From NCBI GenBank assembly GCA_026026165.1, contig JAPEUD010000012.1, forward strand, positions 1 to 64,000: a stretch of 64,000 nt of DNA, given 5' to 3'. This document shows, in pieces, positions 34,103 through 47,773 of this stretch. The notes below the pieces were generated by a model that did no database searches, was not told where the DNA came from, and saw only the letters and a list, made by a program, of their open reading frames with translations. How positions within the stretch are numbered: position 1 is the stretch's first letter; each line of letters begins with the position of its first letter. The DNA comes from Sarea resinae. Taxonomy: Eukaryota. Both the position numbers and the translations under genes were made by a program.

Positions 34103-35041
34103 GATGTTTGAAGCTCACGAAGCACCTCGGAGACAGAAAGAGACACGGTGAGGTAGGTAGGACCTGAGATGGAAGGATGAGTTGATGCCGATGCTGATAA
34201 GGGATTAATCTTGCCCAAAGTTGCACGAAAAATCCAAGGCGGGCACGGCCTAGCTTGTAGTTCTGAACTGCTTGGATCCGGTGCTCGAATGCACTGCGTC
34301 AATTCACTCTTCACGATAGAAGTCACAAATGCATGCTCGGTATCTCCCACCTCCCACCTCCCACCTCTCCCCTTTCCCCCCTCTCATCTCACCTGATAGA
34401 TGGACGAGCTGGATCGACAAGTGTGTGTGAGCGGTGGGGATACTGGAATTGCGGAAATCGATAAGATTAGATGATCGGCGCCGAGGCTAACTCCATGGAC
34501 TTCTCCGCGATATTGGGTTAGATAGAGCCTTCACCATTCCACAACCTCATTATCTCACTGCCTCATAGCCTCACAGCCTCACAGCCTCACAGCCTCTCCC
34601 AGTGAACGGCACTTTTCCGAGTAGACACTATGCGAATAGTGCAAATACATCTCATTCAGTCCAGTACTACCCTGACGATGTAGTAATGGACAGGAGGTTA
34701 TCTCCATCTCCCTCGCTAGCTAGAGAGAATGTATAGATCTCAGCAACACCGAGTTCCACCTTGCACGATGCCCTTATCTGCTAGATAAATTGTGTCCCGC
34801 CGCATCTCAGATACACGACCCAGGCAGGTCCCGACACGATCTCTATCATGATTTCGTGCATCAGGTCAATCAGTCCATCTGGCCATCGTGATGCTCGCTC
34901 CAGGCTGCCGTCGTTGCCTGATCATTGAAGCGAGGGGCACAGCAGCTTGGCGCTCAAGCACTCATCCTTAATACGCCGACTTCCCATTTCTCTGAAACGT
35001 TGTGCCAACACCAGACGCCCATCTTGTTCATCATCTCCACC

Positions 35042-38000
35042 ATGCTTCATTCCAGGCTCCCCGGGCTATGGCCGCTGAAGCCACCCAAGCCTGGTGCCCC
35101 GGAACCATTCAACATCATCGAGTCCCTGACAGCTATCTCGGAAACATGTAAAAGCATCGCATCGCTCTGTTCCGTCTATGGGGACTATACTGATAATGCC
35201 GCTGTCGATCGACTCGCCCTGGCTTCCAGTACCTACCGAAACGATGCGGACCATTTGGTGGGATATCTGAGAAAGAACCCCGCACGCCTGTTGTCTATCA
35301 GACCGCTGAGTAACAGAGACGGCCCCGCCGAGGAAGCTCTTGAGAAGCTCGAGGGGATCAAGCGCAAGCTCGAGACTGGTGTGGGCGCGAATAACGGGGA
35401 GGATTACGAATTACTTTTGCAATGGCCGTTCGCCGAGAGGGATCTCGACAACCAGCTCGCGGGATTGAATCCTTTCAAGTCCATGATGATATTGATTTCA
35501 AAAGCCGATGAGATGTTGTCTCACTGACCAACCGCTTCCGCTGCTGTTGCTGACTTTATCAGGCACGTCAATTTGGCTATCCGGCAAGAAAGTCGGCGCG
35601 TCAATGATTACGCATATTATAGTAAATATATTGGAACTCCAGAGACAATTTTCGCTAATCATGGCCAGATAGTGATTACTGGTTTGATGCTCCAGATTAT
35701 CAAGCATTTCACCGTTCTCTGCGGGAAGAGCGGGTACTAGGGACTGGAGAATCGCTGTTGTCCGACGGTCTGTATGCCCGGTGGAAGAAGGAAACGAGCT
35801 CACTGATGTGGTTATTCGGCAACCGTGAGTGAGACCCTCTCCGAAGCAGTTCATTAATCTGACCAGAATAATAGCGGGCTCGGGCAAGACCTTCATGTGG
35901 TCAGTCTTCTATTCGCTGCCTAGGACCTTTCGTCACAGCCTGGCGGTCTGCAATTTTAGAACCTCTCACGACCTGATGCTTTACGTTTGCTGACACTCTG
36001 TCTCAGCTCGAGTCTGGTCGATGCTCTTCTCCACGATCAGGAGGTCGGGGAAGCATGTGCCATTGCGTACTTCTATCTCGATTCGACGATCTCCACCGAT
36101 CAGCGATATTACTCCTACGAGGGTTTCATTCGGACGATCGTTCGGCAAATGAGGTACCAATCTAAAAAGGCAGCCGCGATTCTGGAGGGGCATTGCGACG
36201 ACACTCAGACTCAAAGCCGGGCCAGGGGGCCAACACCAACGTCTAAACAAGATTTAAAGATAGTGTTCCTCAAACTTGTCAAAGCTTTTGAGAGTATCTA
36301 CATTGTTGTCGATGGCGTCGACACCTGTGATGAGCAGAATGAGATAATCTCAAATATCTCCGACATGTTCGCTCTGGGCATCCACAGCTTGCACTTTCTC
36401 ATCTCTTGTCGGGACCAGAGCCTTACACCTCGCCTCCAAGCTGGAAACACGCATCAAATAAATCTTGATCACATGAACATAAGCAAGGACATTGAATCGT
36501 ATGTTCGGAGCAACCTTGAGCGCAATGATAAATTTCGAGGTATAGCATCAGACCTCAAAGAAGAAATGGCCAAAGCCCTGCTTGCCGAATCCCATGGACG
36601 GTACGTTTATGTGAAATGGTCCTGGGTAGTTAATTGGTCTGTCACTGACGACCAGCAGATTTCAGTGGGTGGATTGTCAGCTTTTCGACCTCGGTGAAAA
36701 CACTCAAGCAAACGAGATCAAAAGAGCATTGAGGGCCATGCCAAAAACCTTGGACGCGACGTACTCTCGTGTTATCTCAAATCTAAACCCCAAATACCGT
36801 CGAGATGCCATCAGACTACTCCAGTGGCTATTTGCTGCCAGGCGTGTCCTCCGACTTAGCGAAATGGTGGAAGCGCTGACCGTTGATTCGGAAGACTGTT
36901 CGAGACTCGGCCGCGATGATCGGCAACTTTATTGCATGGAAGTGATCAGCCAGTGCTCGACTTTGGTGGACATCTCGATGGTATGCCATTACCCATCCGA
37001 TCTCGAGATACGTCTCGGCCATTCCTCCGTCCGAGACTTTCTATCCTCAGGTGAAGCATCGGAAGGATCGGTACTGTCGTCCATGTTTGATCCTGGCATT
37101 GCCAATGATGCGGTCACGCGGGCGTGTATTCATTACTTGCTCCGCCTGGAAGAGGACGACATCGCCAACATGACGAAGGAAGATCTGGAGCTGAAGTATC
37201 CACTAACAGGGTACGCCATGACTTACTGGACGCATCACGCTCGAAGAGCAGTGCCGTCGGATGCTCTTTGGCAGCTCTGCCTCGAATTACTGAAGCCAGA
37301 TACACCGCAGTACGAACTCTGGGCTTCCAATTTCGATAAATCCATGCCTCGGCATCTGGTAATATACCGAGAAGGCAAAACCCCCCCTAGTCACCCTTTG
37401 TACTATCTTTCGTTCGCAGGCTTGGATGATTTAGGAGCCAAGTTCTTACTCGATAAGAGGATCAAGGAAGACGCAATTTTATTGTTCCATTCTTTGATTG
37501 CCGCGTCTTACCCGGGACAGACCAGTGGCCCACGTCAGCTTCTCGAGCACGGAGCGCAACCGAATTTCCCTCCTGGATTACAATCAGGCCATAATAGCTC
37601 ATCAGCTTTGTCAATCACCCCTCTTGACATGGCAGTGAGCCGTGACAATCTGAATGTGGCTCGACTACTTTTCGATTATGGAGCACACCATGGCGGGAAT
37701 AAAGGTAGCTTTCACGAGCTGGAGCTTTTTGTTGCTTCGCAAAGAGGTTCAGTAGAAATTGTTAATTTGCTCCTCGAGAGGGGTGCTCCTGTCGATGCCC
37801 TATCGGGAAGGCCGCTAGCGCAAGCAATCTTCCAAGCAGCAGCCAATGGTCATGAAACCGTCGTGAAATCCCTGGTTTCTGCGGGAGCCAAGGTAGGTGC
37901 CGAAGTCATCAAAGAAGCAAGCAGGAGAGGATTTGAGTCTATAGCAAGATATCTCATCTCACAAGGCGGAAAGAATGACTTAGCTTCGCTCAGCTCGGCT

Positions 38001-39680
38001 GCGTATCTCGGACTGGAAGACGTTTTGAAGGCGATGCTTGCTGAGAGATCGGACGAGGACAGTAAAGAATGGCAAGAAAGAGGTCCGCTAGCAAGTGCTG
38101 CAAGTGCGGGACGGGATTCCATTGTCAAGTGGCTCATAGAGGCCGGAGCAAACGTGAATCCGTCGATTATCTGTGGGGTGAAGGGATCTGGGGATGATTA
38201 TTATATGATCTCGGCCCAAGGGCAAAGAATTGAGCGCTGGGGTTATTTCAAAAACACCGTCAGCACACCACTTCAGGCAGCAGCATTAGCGGGACATGTG
38301 ACGACTGTGCGGCTGCTATTGAGCAAAGGGGCGAATATCAACACCCAGGGTGGATGGTTCGGTAATGCTCTGCAAGCTGCAGCTTACGCCGGTCACCTAC
38401 CTGTCGTCACTGAGCTACTCGATCACGGAGCCGACATCGACGCCGAAGGAGGAGAATATGGTTGTGCGCTTGTAGCTTCTGTCAAGCGTGGGCATCTAGA
38501 TGTTATGCGTGAGCTCCTTGATCGAAAATGCAATCCAGATATCCAAGTCCAGCTAATCGGCTGTGCTCTCACGGACGCCGTGGACAGGGGACAAAGAGAG
38601 GCAGTGCTGGAGCTCCTGAAACACGGGGCCAACCCAAACGTCGATCGAGACGATGATCTCGATGGTTGCGCCCCGTTAGTCAAGGCCGTCATGAAGCTCA
38701 GGGTGCAGCTGGTCAAGGACCTATTGGAAGCTGGAGCAGATCCGAACAAAAAAGATCTTATGTGGGGCCTTCCCAAAACTTATAAAACCGCATTCCAGGC
38801 TGCGTGCAGCCAGACTTTCGAATGTATCGGAGCCTGTTCGAGCGGTTGTTTTCTCCATGATACCACTGAGCAAGAGGAAGAGGATATCGATCTCGAATCC
38901 AACGACCAAGCCATCGAGCAACGATTCAATGAAATATTGGGGCTACTGATTGACGCTGGCGCCGATGTCAACCTCGACGGCCTACCTCTTCGCGACGCCA
39001 TCATCCCTGAAAATAATACATACACGATCTGCCTCCTCCTGGAGCACGGGGCCGACCTGAATAAGCGTTTCAAGTTGGAATACGAGCACAGTGTAAACGT
39101 ATCGGGAGATGTGACGCCGCTTCAGTGGGCAGCCATGCAGGATCACTATAGCGCAATCGAGATACTTGTTCAACACGGCGCAGACCCTATGGTCTGTACC
39201 GAGTCCGGCGAGACGCTCTTGCACATGGTCTTCTACAGCAAGTACTGCAGGGCCAATATCTGTAAGCGCTTGATGGACGAGCTGGGCATCTCGCCCCACA
39301 CGGCGGCCTCGAACGGCGATCTGCCTCTGCACATGGCAAGCGCGCATTATCGCGAAGACTCAGTGAAACTCTTTCTCGAGCGCGGCAGCGATGTCAACGC
39401 GGCCAACAACGCCGGCCAGACGCCCTTGCACCTCGCCGTCAGCGTTCCCTATCCTGGCAACCCGTCGTTGATCAAGCTCCTGTTGCAGCATGGTGCTGAT
39501 GCGAATGCGCGGGATGGAAAGGGGTTGACGCCTCTCATGGCGGCTGAAGCACGCCTAGCGCTGTACAGGTCGAGCCCGGAGGCGCACATCGAGCAGTTCA
39601 TCGAGGCACTCGAGGCCCTAATTGAGGTGTTGAAAGTAGAGTACGAGTGCAAAGCTAGGGACGAGGAGATGGTTCTTTGA
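35042..39680 (+). CDS. Fungal NLR-like STAND protein: helical N-terminal domain + NACHT + long ankyrin array
   Basis: N-terminal helical domain with LQWPF. P-loop MWLFGNPGSGKT formed across intron 35825-35874, Walker B IYIVVDGVD, GRFQWVDCQL across an intron, PKTLDATYSR. Many TPL..AA..G / LL.HGAD ankyrin units follow in the 3-kb last exon. Confidence 0.9.
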
Positions 39681-39742
39681 GGGTTGTACATTTTGTACGC
39701 TTTGATCTATCGAGTGCGGGATGCAAAGAGCGATGCTGCTAA

Positions 39743-39802
39743 TGGTCCATTGGTCCAAATGGTCCAAACGGTCCAGAGGTCATAGATCCGCAAGTGGTCC
39801 AA
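39743..39802 (+). repeat. Short degenerate GGTCCA-core tandem repeat (8-9 bp period)
   Basis: TGGTCCAT TGGTCCAAA TGGTCCAAA CGGTCCAGA...TGGTCCAA. Confidence 0.75.
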
Positions 39803-41472
39803 TCTAAGGGTCGAGGCAGACTATGTAGACGGTTCGCAGCGCTTGGAAAGAGGCTTGATATAGTGTCCCGGAACTATTTCTGGATCTAGAAGAGCAAAGA
39901 AGCACTGCCAAAATTACAATTCCTTCATATAGTTTTTCGAAAGTGATTGTAAGGACAGCAAAGTAGAGAGAAATATTATTGACGCTAATATTAAAGGTTC
40001 TAGTAAATACTCTGCAGGCTAACCTTAAACTGTTCCTACGTGCGCCATCTGTGGAAGGCAATACAGCGGCTGTAGAGCTTGAAGAGAGCCATTGCGCCCT
40101 TGAACTGATTGGTGTATAGAAATGTAGAGACGTAGTTTGACGGCTACAGGCCGCAGCGATAGGTAAGGTAGATAGAATAATACACGGGCTTATTCGACAT
40201 GATTATCAAAGACAGGGCAGAGAGGGTGGTATGATGCAAGAAATCCAACACATGCTCCTGTCGCGATCAAAGCTGCAGAATGACGAGTATGGGTGATGTT
40301 AACAAGGCTGACAGCGAATAACAGTAGTATCAGAATCGAGATGACACTGGTGACGCCCGACTGGTACTACCCTAGCAACTGCATGCACAGCACGGCTCAG
40401 CTTTCTTGCCTGTCGCCGAGACCATGTCATTTGAGGACATGATCTCTCCAGCGATCGATGGATCGCCACGGGGTTCCCTGATTGGCAGGGTCGGGATCGG
40501 GGCCTCAACTAGCTTTTGAATCGCATCCGCCGGCGACGGAACCCTCGTCGGTCGTGGCAGTATTGTATGCATGGAATAGCTGATCCTTGGCCGCGTATGG
40601 TCCATATATCTGACATGCGCCGGTGTGGGGAAGGGAAGGGCCCGTTGAGCCCGGACAATGCGCACCGGTGGCGAGGCATGAAGAGAGAGAGTGAGCCGTG
40701 GTAGTGCTGACGAACGGTTGCTGGATCTCTGGGGTAATTTGTAAACGGGACCGTTCAAACGGGTCACGCTGCTCTTGGGCACCATGGATCTTCAACACTG
40801 GGGGCGGTCAGGACCTGGTCCTCGGTTCCAAGAATGGACTTAGTAGGGTATGAAGTACGAGGACTTTGTTGATGAGCTCCGATCTTGAGTCTGCGAGTTC
40901 CTCCTGATCATCCTATTTTTATCGACTGGGGCTCTACCCGAACACATCACCTTACCCTACACGTGGACCGAGGGACGCGGACGTCAGTCAGAAGAGACGG
41001 GTAGCTTGAGACGGGTAGAGGTACCTTACATACAGCCAGAAGTCTCGCAGGAATCCTGTAGATATACTCAAGAACCTCTGATGTCGACCAAACAGCGGCT
41101 CAGAGCTGACTCAGATCGTATTCTACCATGTCCAAATCGCGGACCGTGCCTTAGCCACTCCTGAATGGCAGAGTTCCCGAAGTATCGGAGTAAGCTCAAA
41201 GCCACTTGCCTTAGCCATGCTTTCCCCATGTCGCGTGGTATTGAAGCATCCACCAACGTTGCTTCGTATCGGAATACGGAGTGTACTGTAGCATCACGCT
41301 GGCCCTCTTTATGCTATTTCCGTCTTTTCATAGGTCTTGGCTTCATTCGTGTATATAAAGAACGGTTCGGACTGCGAAGGCGTATCTCCTGGCAGTCAGA
41401 GCCATTATACCATCTATATCTCATTAGCTCGACCTCATACAAAGAATATCAGTCCGTTCAAAGCATACAGAC

Positions 41473-41940
41473 ATGCATTTTCTCAGCACCCTCCTCCCCT
41501 TCCTCGCGGCTGCCACGGCGGTCAACGCCGCCCTCCAGGTGAAGGTGGTCGTTGGAATGTTCAATGATGAAGACAGGTAGGCCCTTAGGTCTAGCTGAAT
41601 TGCGAAGCCGTCAGTCGAACACCGATCTGATCAATTGTCCACCAGCTATCCCACACCCGTCGCCTACGCCTTTAATGAAGTTCCCTGCATCTCAAGGGTG
41701 GAGCTCGCGAACTACGTCCAATACAGCATCTGCGACGGCACCCAGTTCAGCGTTGAAGGGCAAAATAACCTGACGCTTCAAGGGTGCCCGGCCGTTGGCT
41801 CACCGCCGACCCAGATCCTCCAGAATGGGACCGTTGTCGGCAATTGCAGCACGTATAACACGAATTGGAGCTGTGGCGCGTGCGCGAGTTCGAACGAGAA
41901 CGAAGTGCCAAGTATCGATGGCTTGGTCGTCTGTGGCTAG
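41473..41940 (+). CDS. Small secreted cysteine-rich protein (2 exons 41473-41576, 41646-41940; 132 aa, 7 Cys)
   Basis: Signal-peptide-like MHFLSTLLPFLAAATAVNA; the GT..AG intron keeps frame into SYPTPVAYAFNEVPC...GLVVCG*; TATATAAA at ~41352. Confidence 0.8.
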
Positions 41941-42758
41941 AGTGCGCATTTAGAGGAAGTGGAACTTTAGCGGTGGAGAGCTTCTTGCGGTCGCGGTGTT
42001 GGGGATTCTAGCGAACATGGCATCAAAATTCCTGTCTTCTTCAATCATTCGTCTCAGTAATGAATCTCAAAAGTCTCTCACCATCACGTAGATGGTGGCC
42101 CATGTCATCATATAAACCATGAAACAGAACTCCAGAATTCTTGGCCTTGTCGTTCTGTGACCTGTTGATGAAGCCAGTCATTTGCAAAACTCGGGAACGG
42201 ACGAATTGACAGATTCAGCCATCAGATCACGTTGACCAACGATACACTTGTAAATCTTATCGTATAATCCCAGAATCGAATTGCGATCATCAGGGGGCTC
42301 AAATAGTGGAGCGGTGACCCTGACCTGACGTCCGAAATTCTGGTATCACCATTTATCGTACATCGAGGCCCGGGACATTGGGTCCACTGCGTTTAGGATC
42401 GCTAGTCGCGCCTGAGGTGCTTACCGTCATATTGTTGTTCTCGATGGAGCGCATGCGGCGGATACTGTGAGACGTTCGACGAAAAAGGAAAAAGATACAA
42501 CCGAGGAGTCTTCGAACATCTTTTGTTGAACGTCTCCGATGTGACTGAGACTGCAACTGTTGACTCATTGACCGATCGACTTATGTACTCATCTTATCTC
42601 AGTCTTCATCTTGGACCTGTAAGACCTGCCATGTAGCGCTATGGTCGAGCATCCTGAGGTCTCAATAGATCTCATGGAATTCACTCGAGATACGTAGCGT
42701 GGACACGTTTTATCACATTGATATATACATGAAATCATCTAGCCCAAACACTTTCCCT

Positions 42759-45219
42759 CTATACCGCATCGCCAGTCTTCTCTGCCTCCAATTCATCCTT
42801 GGTTGCACGTGACTTAGCCGCTGGGACCAGCTTGTCGGCATATTCGGCCTCCAGCGCATTCATCTGCTCCTCCGTTTCATTGAGATGATGATAGACAATG
42901 TAGAAGAGGCAGCCGGCCAGGAAAGAAGACACAGACAGCCCCACGAACATCCATAGTATCTTTGGATCTTTAAGAGGGAGTCAGTACGTTGTAGAAGCCT
43001 TAGAGTTCATGGGAATTCAACTTACCAACTGCCACTGGCGTCAAAGCTTCTCCAAGAGCCGATCCGAATGCGTTCGTAAGCAAGTACATGGCTTGCACGA
43101 AACTCTTCATCGAAGGTGGTGCTTTCATGTACGCATACTCCAACCCAGTGACGCTTGCAAAGATTTCCGAGATACCGATTAGCATATATGCCGGAGTTTG
43201 GATGGCGATATGTATCTTGTTGGGCTGAGTTTTCCCGTCAACCATAGAAGCATCACAGAGAGGGTGCTTGTAGCATGGTCCAGCATTGTAGATCAGATGT
43301 TGCACGATAGCTGCGTAGGCCATTGCTATGGCGCCGACAAAGAAACCGACCGTGATGCGTGTGATGGGCAAGAACGGGATGTGGAGCTTGCGGAGGAGAG
43401 GGTAGACGAGACGATCAAGAACGGGGATGAAGACTATGATGGCGATTGGGTCGAAATTCTGCATGAGGTCATTTGGAATTCCGTGACCTTGCATCTGGCC
43501 AGCTTGTCTGGACAGCTATCAGCAACTGCTACTTTTTCAGGGAGCAAAGGGATACCCACGATACGAAATTGTTACTGAATTGTCCTGCATGAATGAGAAT
43601 CTGGTTAGCAAGTGTTCATAGTATTCTCAATTGTGGCGCAAAGACCAAGGATAAAGGCGACGAAAGAAATTGACGCGGAAAATGGTAGTGTTCAAGCAGG
43701 GGTGATGGAGGACAGCAAGAGCTAGGGGCAGGAGGAGCTAGGAAAGGTGCGCGGCTACCATAGACGACCCAGTATACTGGATAGAAGATGAAGACTCTGC
43801 AAGCGACAAGAGCCCGTTTGAGTTCGTCGATGAAATGGTCGTCCCAGTGGATTTTGTATCTGCCCTCGGTACCTGCCTGCAACTGGTACGAGGGTTTCGG
43901 GGCATCCATGTTCCTGTTGATCACCATGATCCAGATTGCTTTGAAAGCGTCCGTGATGATAGACCCCTTGGGTGGGCGAACGACGTAGAATTTCTTCCCA
44001 AGGACCAAGACCGCAAAACCGAAGCCGAACATGCAGAGGGCCAGCAGATATGCGCTCCAGAAGCCGACATCCTTCTCCATATAAGGCGTTGCGAGTAGAG
44101 AGAGTGAGCCAACATTGATACAGAAATAAAAGATCATGTATATCCGTTGCACCGTTGCGGCAGGGTCCAGAATTATACGCTCTCCCGTCTTCAGCGTCTT
44201 AACCGCCATCTTCTTGCGAGTGTATTGTTCGGCGATGAGAGGGCTGACATTGGACTTGATGCCGCCGGTTCCAATACCGATGATGATGACGGCAGCGATG
44301 AATCCACCCAAGCCGGCACCGTGTCGAAGGCAGACGGGCAAGGAAGTCACGAACAGAATGAGCAGTCCGGACATGTAGATGATGCAGAATACAACTGATA
44401 CATTTAGTATGAACTTGGTTTTGAAGGATACCCCGAACAATGGCGGTCTTACCGATTGTATAATACTTTCCGAGGTATTGATCAGCAACGATGGCACCTA
44501 GGATGGGAGTCACTATTGAGGTCAGCCGGGCGATTCTCGATAGCGTGATCTAGACTCGAAAAGCGAATAAAGTAGCACTTACCATAGCACCAGAACTGGA
44601 AGAATGTACTCAAACTATCTATTGTTAGCTTGTTTGCATGCAGGTCGAGTACCGAGGAGGCAAAGGCCGTGTTCGATGGGAAGGAAAGGGAAAAGAGATT
44701 ACCCAGTGGCACCAACATGTCCCATGCCTATGAGCGAGTTAGCTTATCTTCGGCTTCCCCTTCTATCAGGAGTGTCGCCTTACCTAGAGCGCCACGGCCA
44801 TCGGTACCGTCGAGGGGCCTCTGAATGTAATTCTGAAACAATCCTTGGACACCGTAGTAGGTGAATCTCTCACACAGCTCCACGACTGCCACGAGCCAGG
44901 CTGAGATGGGAAGGTTTTCGGCAACATGTCGCAGGGTCTGCTTCTCCTCTTCGGTTGGCTCGCCGTCATCCGCAGTCATGAAGCCCTTTTCGATGGAGGA
45001 TGACTCGGCCACGAATTTCTCATCGATGACCCCTTTCTCCGAGATCAGATTGTTGGGGCCGTCGATGGCGCCGCCGGTGAAATCCATAGGGCGATCCTTG
45101 TGCAAGCTGGTCCGCACAGGAGCAACATATTGCGAGTGGATCCTATGAGGCAAGTCAGCATAACTCGCATGAGCGTCGAGCGAGACCCACTCGGCGACAT
45201 TACTCTCGTGCTCAGCCAT
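42759..45219 (-). CDS. PTR2: POT/PTR2-family proton-dependent oligopeptide transporter, multi-exon
   Basis: ELCERFTYYG, TPILGAIVADQYLGKY, GIGTGGIKSNVSPLIAEQY, FYFCINVGSL, PNDLMQNFDPI, EIFASVTGLEYAY.KAP.SMKS. Exact start uncertain. Confidence 0.93.
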
Positions 45220-47773
45220 GACTGCAAATCAGTGATCGACCAGAATGTAGCGAGAGGAAGAATGAAAGAGACGATGGGTCGGAGTTCTGGAAGGATGGAA
45301 GGTGATTCTTATTCTCCCGGCCCCCAAATGCAAGAGGTCAAGCATTTCCACATCCATGGCGCCACGCGGGCCAGGGTTACACGAGCGCATCGGTCCATGA
45401 AGATAAGAAGGCGACTAGAAGGTCGAGAATCACCTTCTGTCTCTTGGCATTGATAGAGCTCTTGGCTGGGCACCGGCTACCGCGAAGTTGATATGCGATC
45501 GGATCCGTACAGGCCATGCGGGCCATACAGAGCATGAGCAGACTAGCCGACCAGGGACCAAAGCCGATTGTGTTCTTTATCTTTGCGGGGCACGAGGAAG
45601 AGTGGTGTGTCCATCTCCGCCTCTCGTTCGAGCAAGGTTCTCGATTGATTTTCCGTCGCGATTCCTCGCTATTCCTCGCTATTCCGCTTGGCGACGTCTT
45701 GGCTCTTCATTAGTGGTCGTCTAACTCTCCCCTAGCGTCCCCTTCTCGTGCAACGGTGCCTTTCTGGAAAGATTGGACATTCCGCATCTCGTGTCCGCGG
45801 CCCCAGGGTGGGTTGCAATGAATTCCATGCCGCTCGCAGGCAGCATGCGAGCCCTACCATTCGTGCAATTTGTGCAATGCAAAGCGAGGGATCTGTTCAT
45901 GGGCCTGGAAGGTCGATAGGGTGGGAAAGCCTTGGCGAACGCATCCGGAAGCTTGACAGACGGAGCGGAAAGGCCTTGGCATCGGTGCTGGCGATGAGTG
46001 GAGGGTCGCATCTGTCGGGATTTGCTTCCTCCACTGTACTCTACTGTAGTACTCCCCAACCAGACAGCCTGAGTCGTCTGCCTACCTACCTACCTTACCT
46101 GCGCTGCTACATCGTACCGCCTCGCACACGCACAGGCCCATTGAAGCAAGGAAACCGGCGGGGGATCCTAGATGCCCTTCATTCCTACACCTCGAATCGA
46201 TCTACAGATGGCTGTCCAGCCGCAAGGCGTCGTGCTGTCCTGTCTGTCTCTGGAGTCGAACACGAGATTGCCTCGGGACAGATGCTGAAGGGGCTCTCGG
46301 CTACTAAGGTATAGTCAGTGATAACGTTCAGGACGCTAGCTGCGAGTTAGCTGAGACCTTATCGATCCTGTGCATCCTTGCCGTCACTTGGAAGGCCTCC
46401 AACGTCTTTTGACACGTTCTAGTGCCCCTTGCGGCGCGTGTATGATTAACGTACATACTATGGAGTAGGTAGTAAAGCACGAAAGAAGGCACTTTTCTTC
46501 ATTTCTCTCGCCACGGGCAGCGCAAATGGTTCTTTCGTCTACCTCTCACCCGGCAGCGTCGCCAGCTAAGGAAGATTGCGGATATCACTTCCCAATGTGT
46601 ATCGCCTCGGCGGCCCTAAGGCTCTCGATCGACTTGGCAAAGCAATCGGCCGCCAGCCGCTGCTAAGCGACGAGTCGACAACGGCTCAATCACGGTCAAT
46701 TGAAATCCCATTTGTCAGGCCCGGGCGCCAAGGAGAGCGAAACAGGCAGGTCGATAATAACGCCGAATAGTGTAAATGGACTACTTGCCGCCTCTGTTGG
46801 CTTGCACTCGTGTTTCTCACTTCCTGTGCCGCGTTTGGGGTGCAGAATTGTGCCGAGCTCGTGCTGTAGACTGATTGAGGCTCTGTAGAGACGGGTCATC
46901 GAATATCTACTCCCTGTCGAAGCAGGCCCCTTGTTCTCTACTTGATTTGCCTTGTTGATTCTTGTGTTGCGGTGTCAGACCGCACGAATTGACATCTCTC
47001 GAGCGGATGTGGGCTTTGTAAGCTTTCTGCTCACGATCGCTCGGGATGCGTGAGAGGAGATCAGTCCTGACAGAAGCGGTAGAGGAGCTTGAGGCGGCCC
47101 TCAAAGCCAGATATCATGCCGAAGCCACGCTCACAAGCCAAGTCGTTCATGATCATGGCCACAAGCTGGTGATCTTTTCATCAGGCCAGAGCTGAACTCC
47201 TTGCTCGGCGCGTAGCACGGGAGCGATATGAACACGGCCATCAATTGAGAGTTGATGGATTCCAGAATCAAAATCACGCGGCAGGCGATCTATCGCGTAG
47301 GCTCTGACAAAGAGTCTATGGATTCCATTGAGAAGTCGACTTTCGCAGCCTCGAAAGTAGTCACAGAGCTTCAAAAACGACAGAGATAGATCTGATGAGA
47401 CGAAGAGGCTTGAACTTACTGGAAAGCTTCCGTGACAGACTGTTCTGATATCTCCTTCACAGCAAGAGATGAAGAGACGAAGACATTTACTGACATTCAC
47501 TATTTCCCTCCGTTGGGATTCACCATATCTGATGCTCTTGAAGCTATTGACACCTTTCAGGGCATCTCCATTCCATTATCACATTCACTCGCCGTGTCTA
47601 GTCTTCAGTTGCTTGCATGGATACCAGCCTCCCACCTCATAAAAAGCTTTCGAGTCGTCCATATTCTCTTACCATCTCTTTTCCTTCCACTCACCTTCTC
47701 AGAACATATCAGTCGACCTCAGCTTCTACACTTCAAGAACCAACAAGATTGAACGGCCTCACTCCTCGGCAGG

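Noticed and set aside
40299..40798. Overlapping minus-strand ORFs with a CCACSC motif
   Set aside because: Could not build a consistent spliced model; no family recognised.
45300..47750. Multiple 60-190 aa ORFs upstream of PTR2
   Set aside because: No motifs or coding-like composition; treated as promoter/intergenic sequence.
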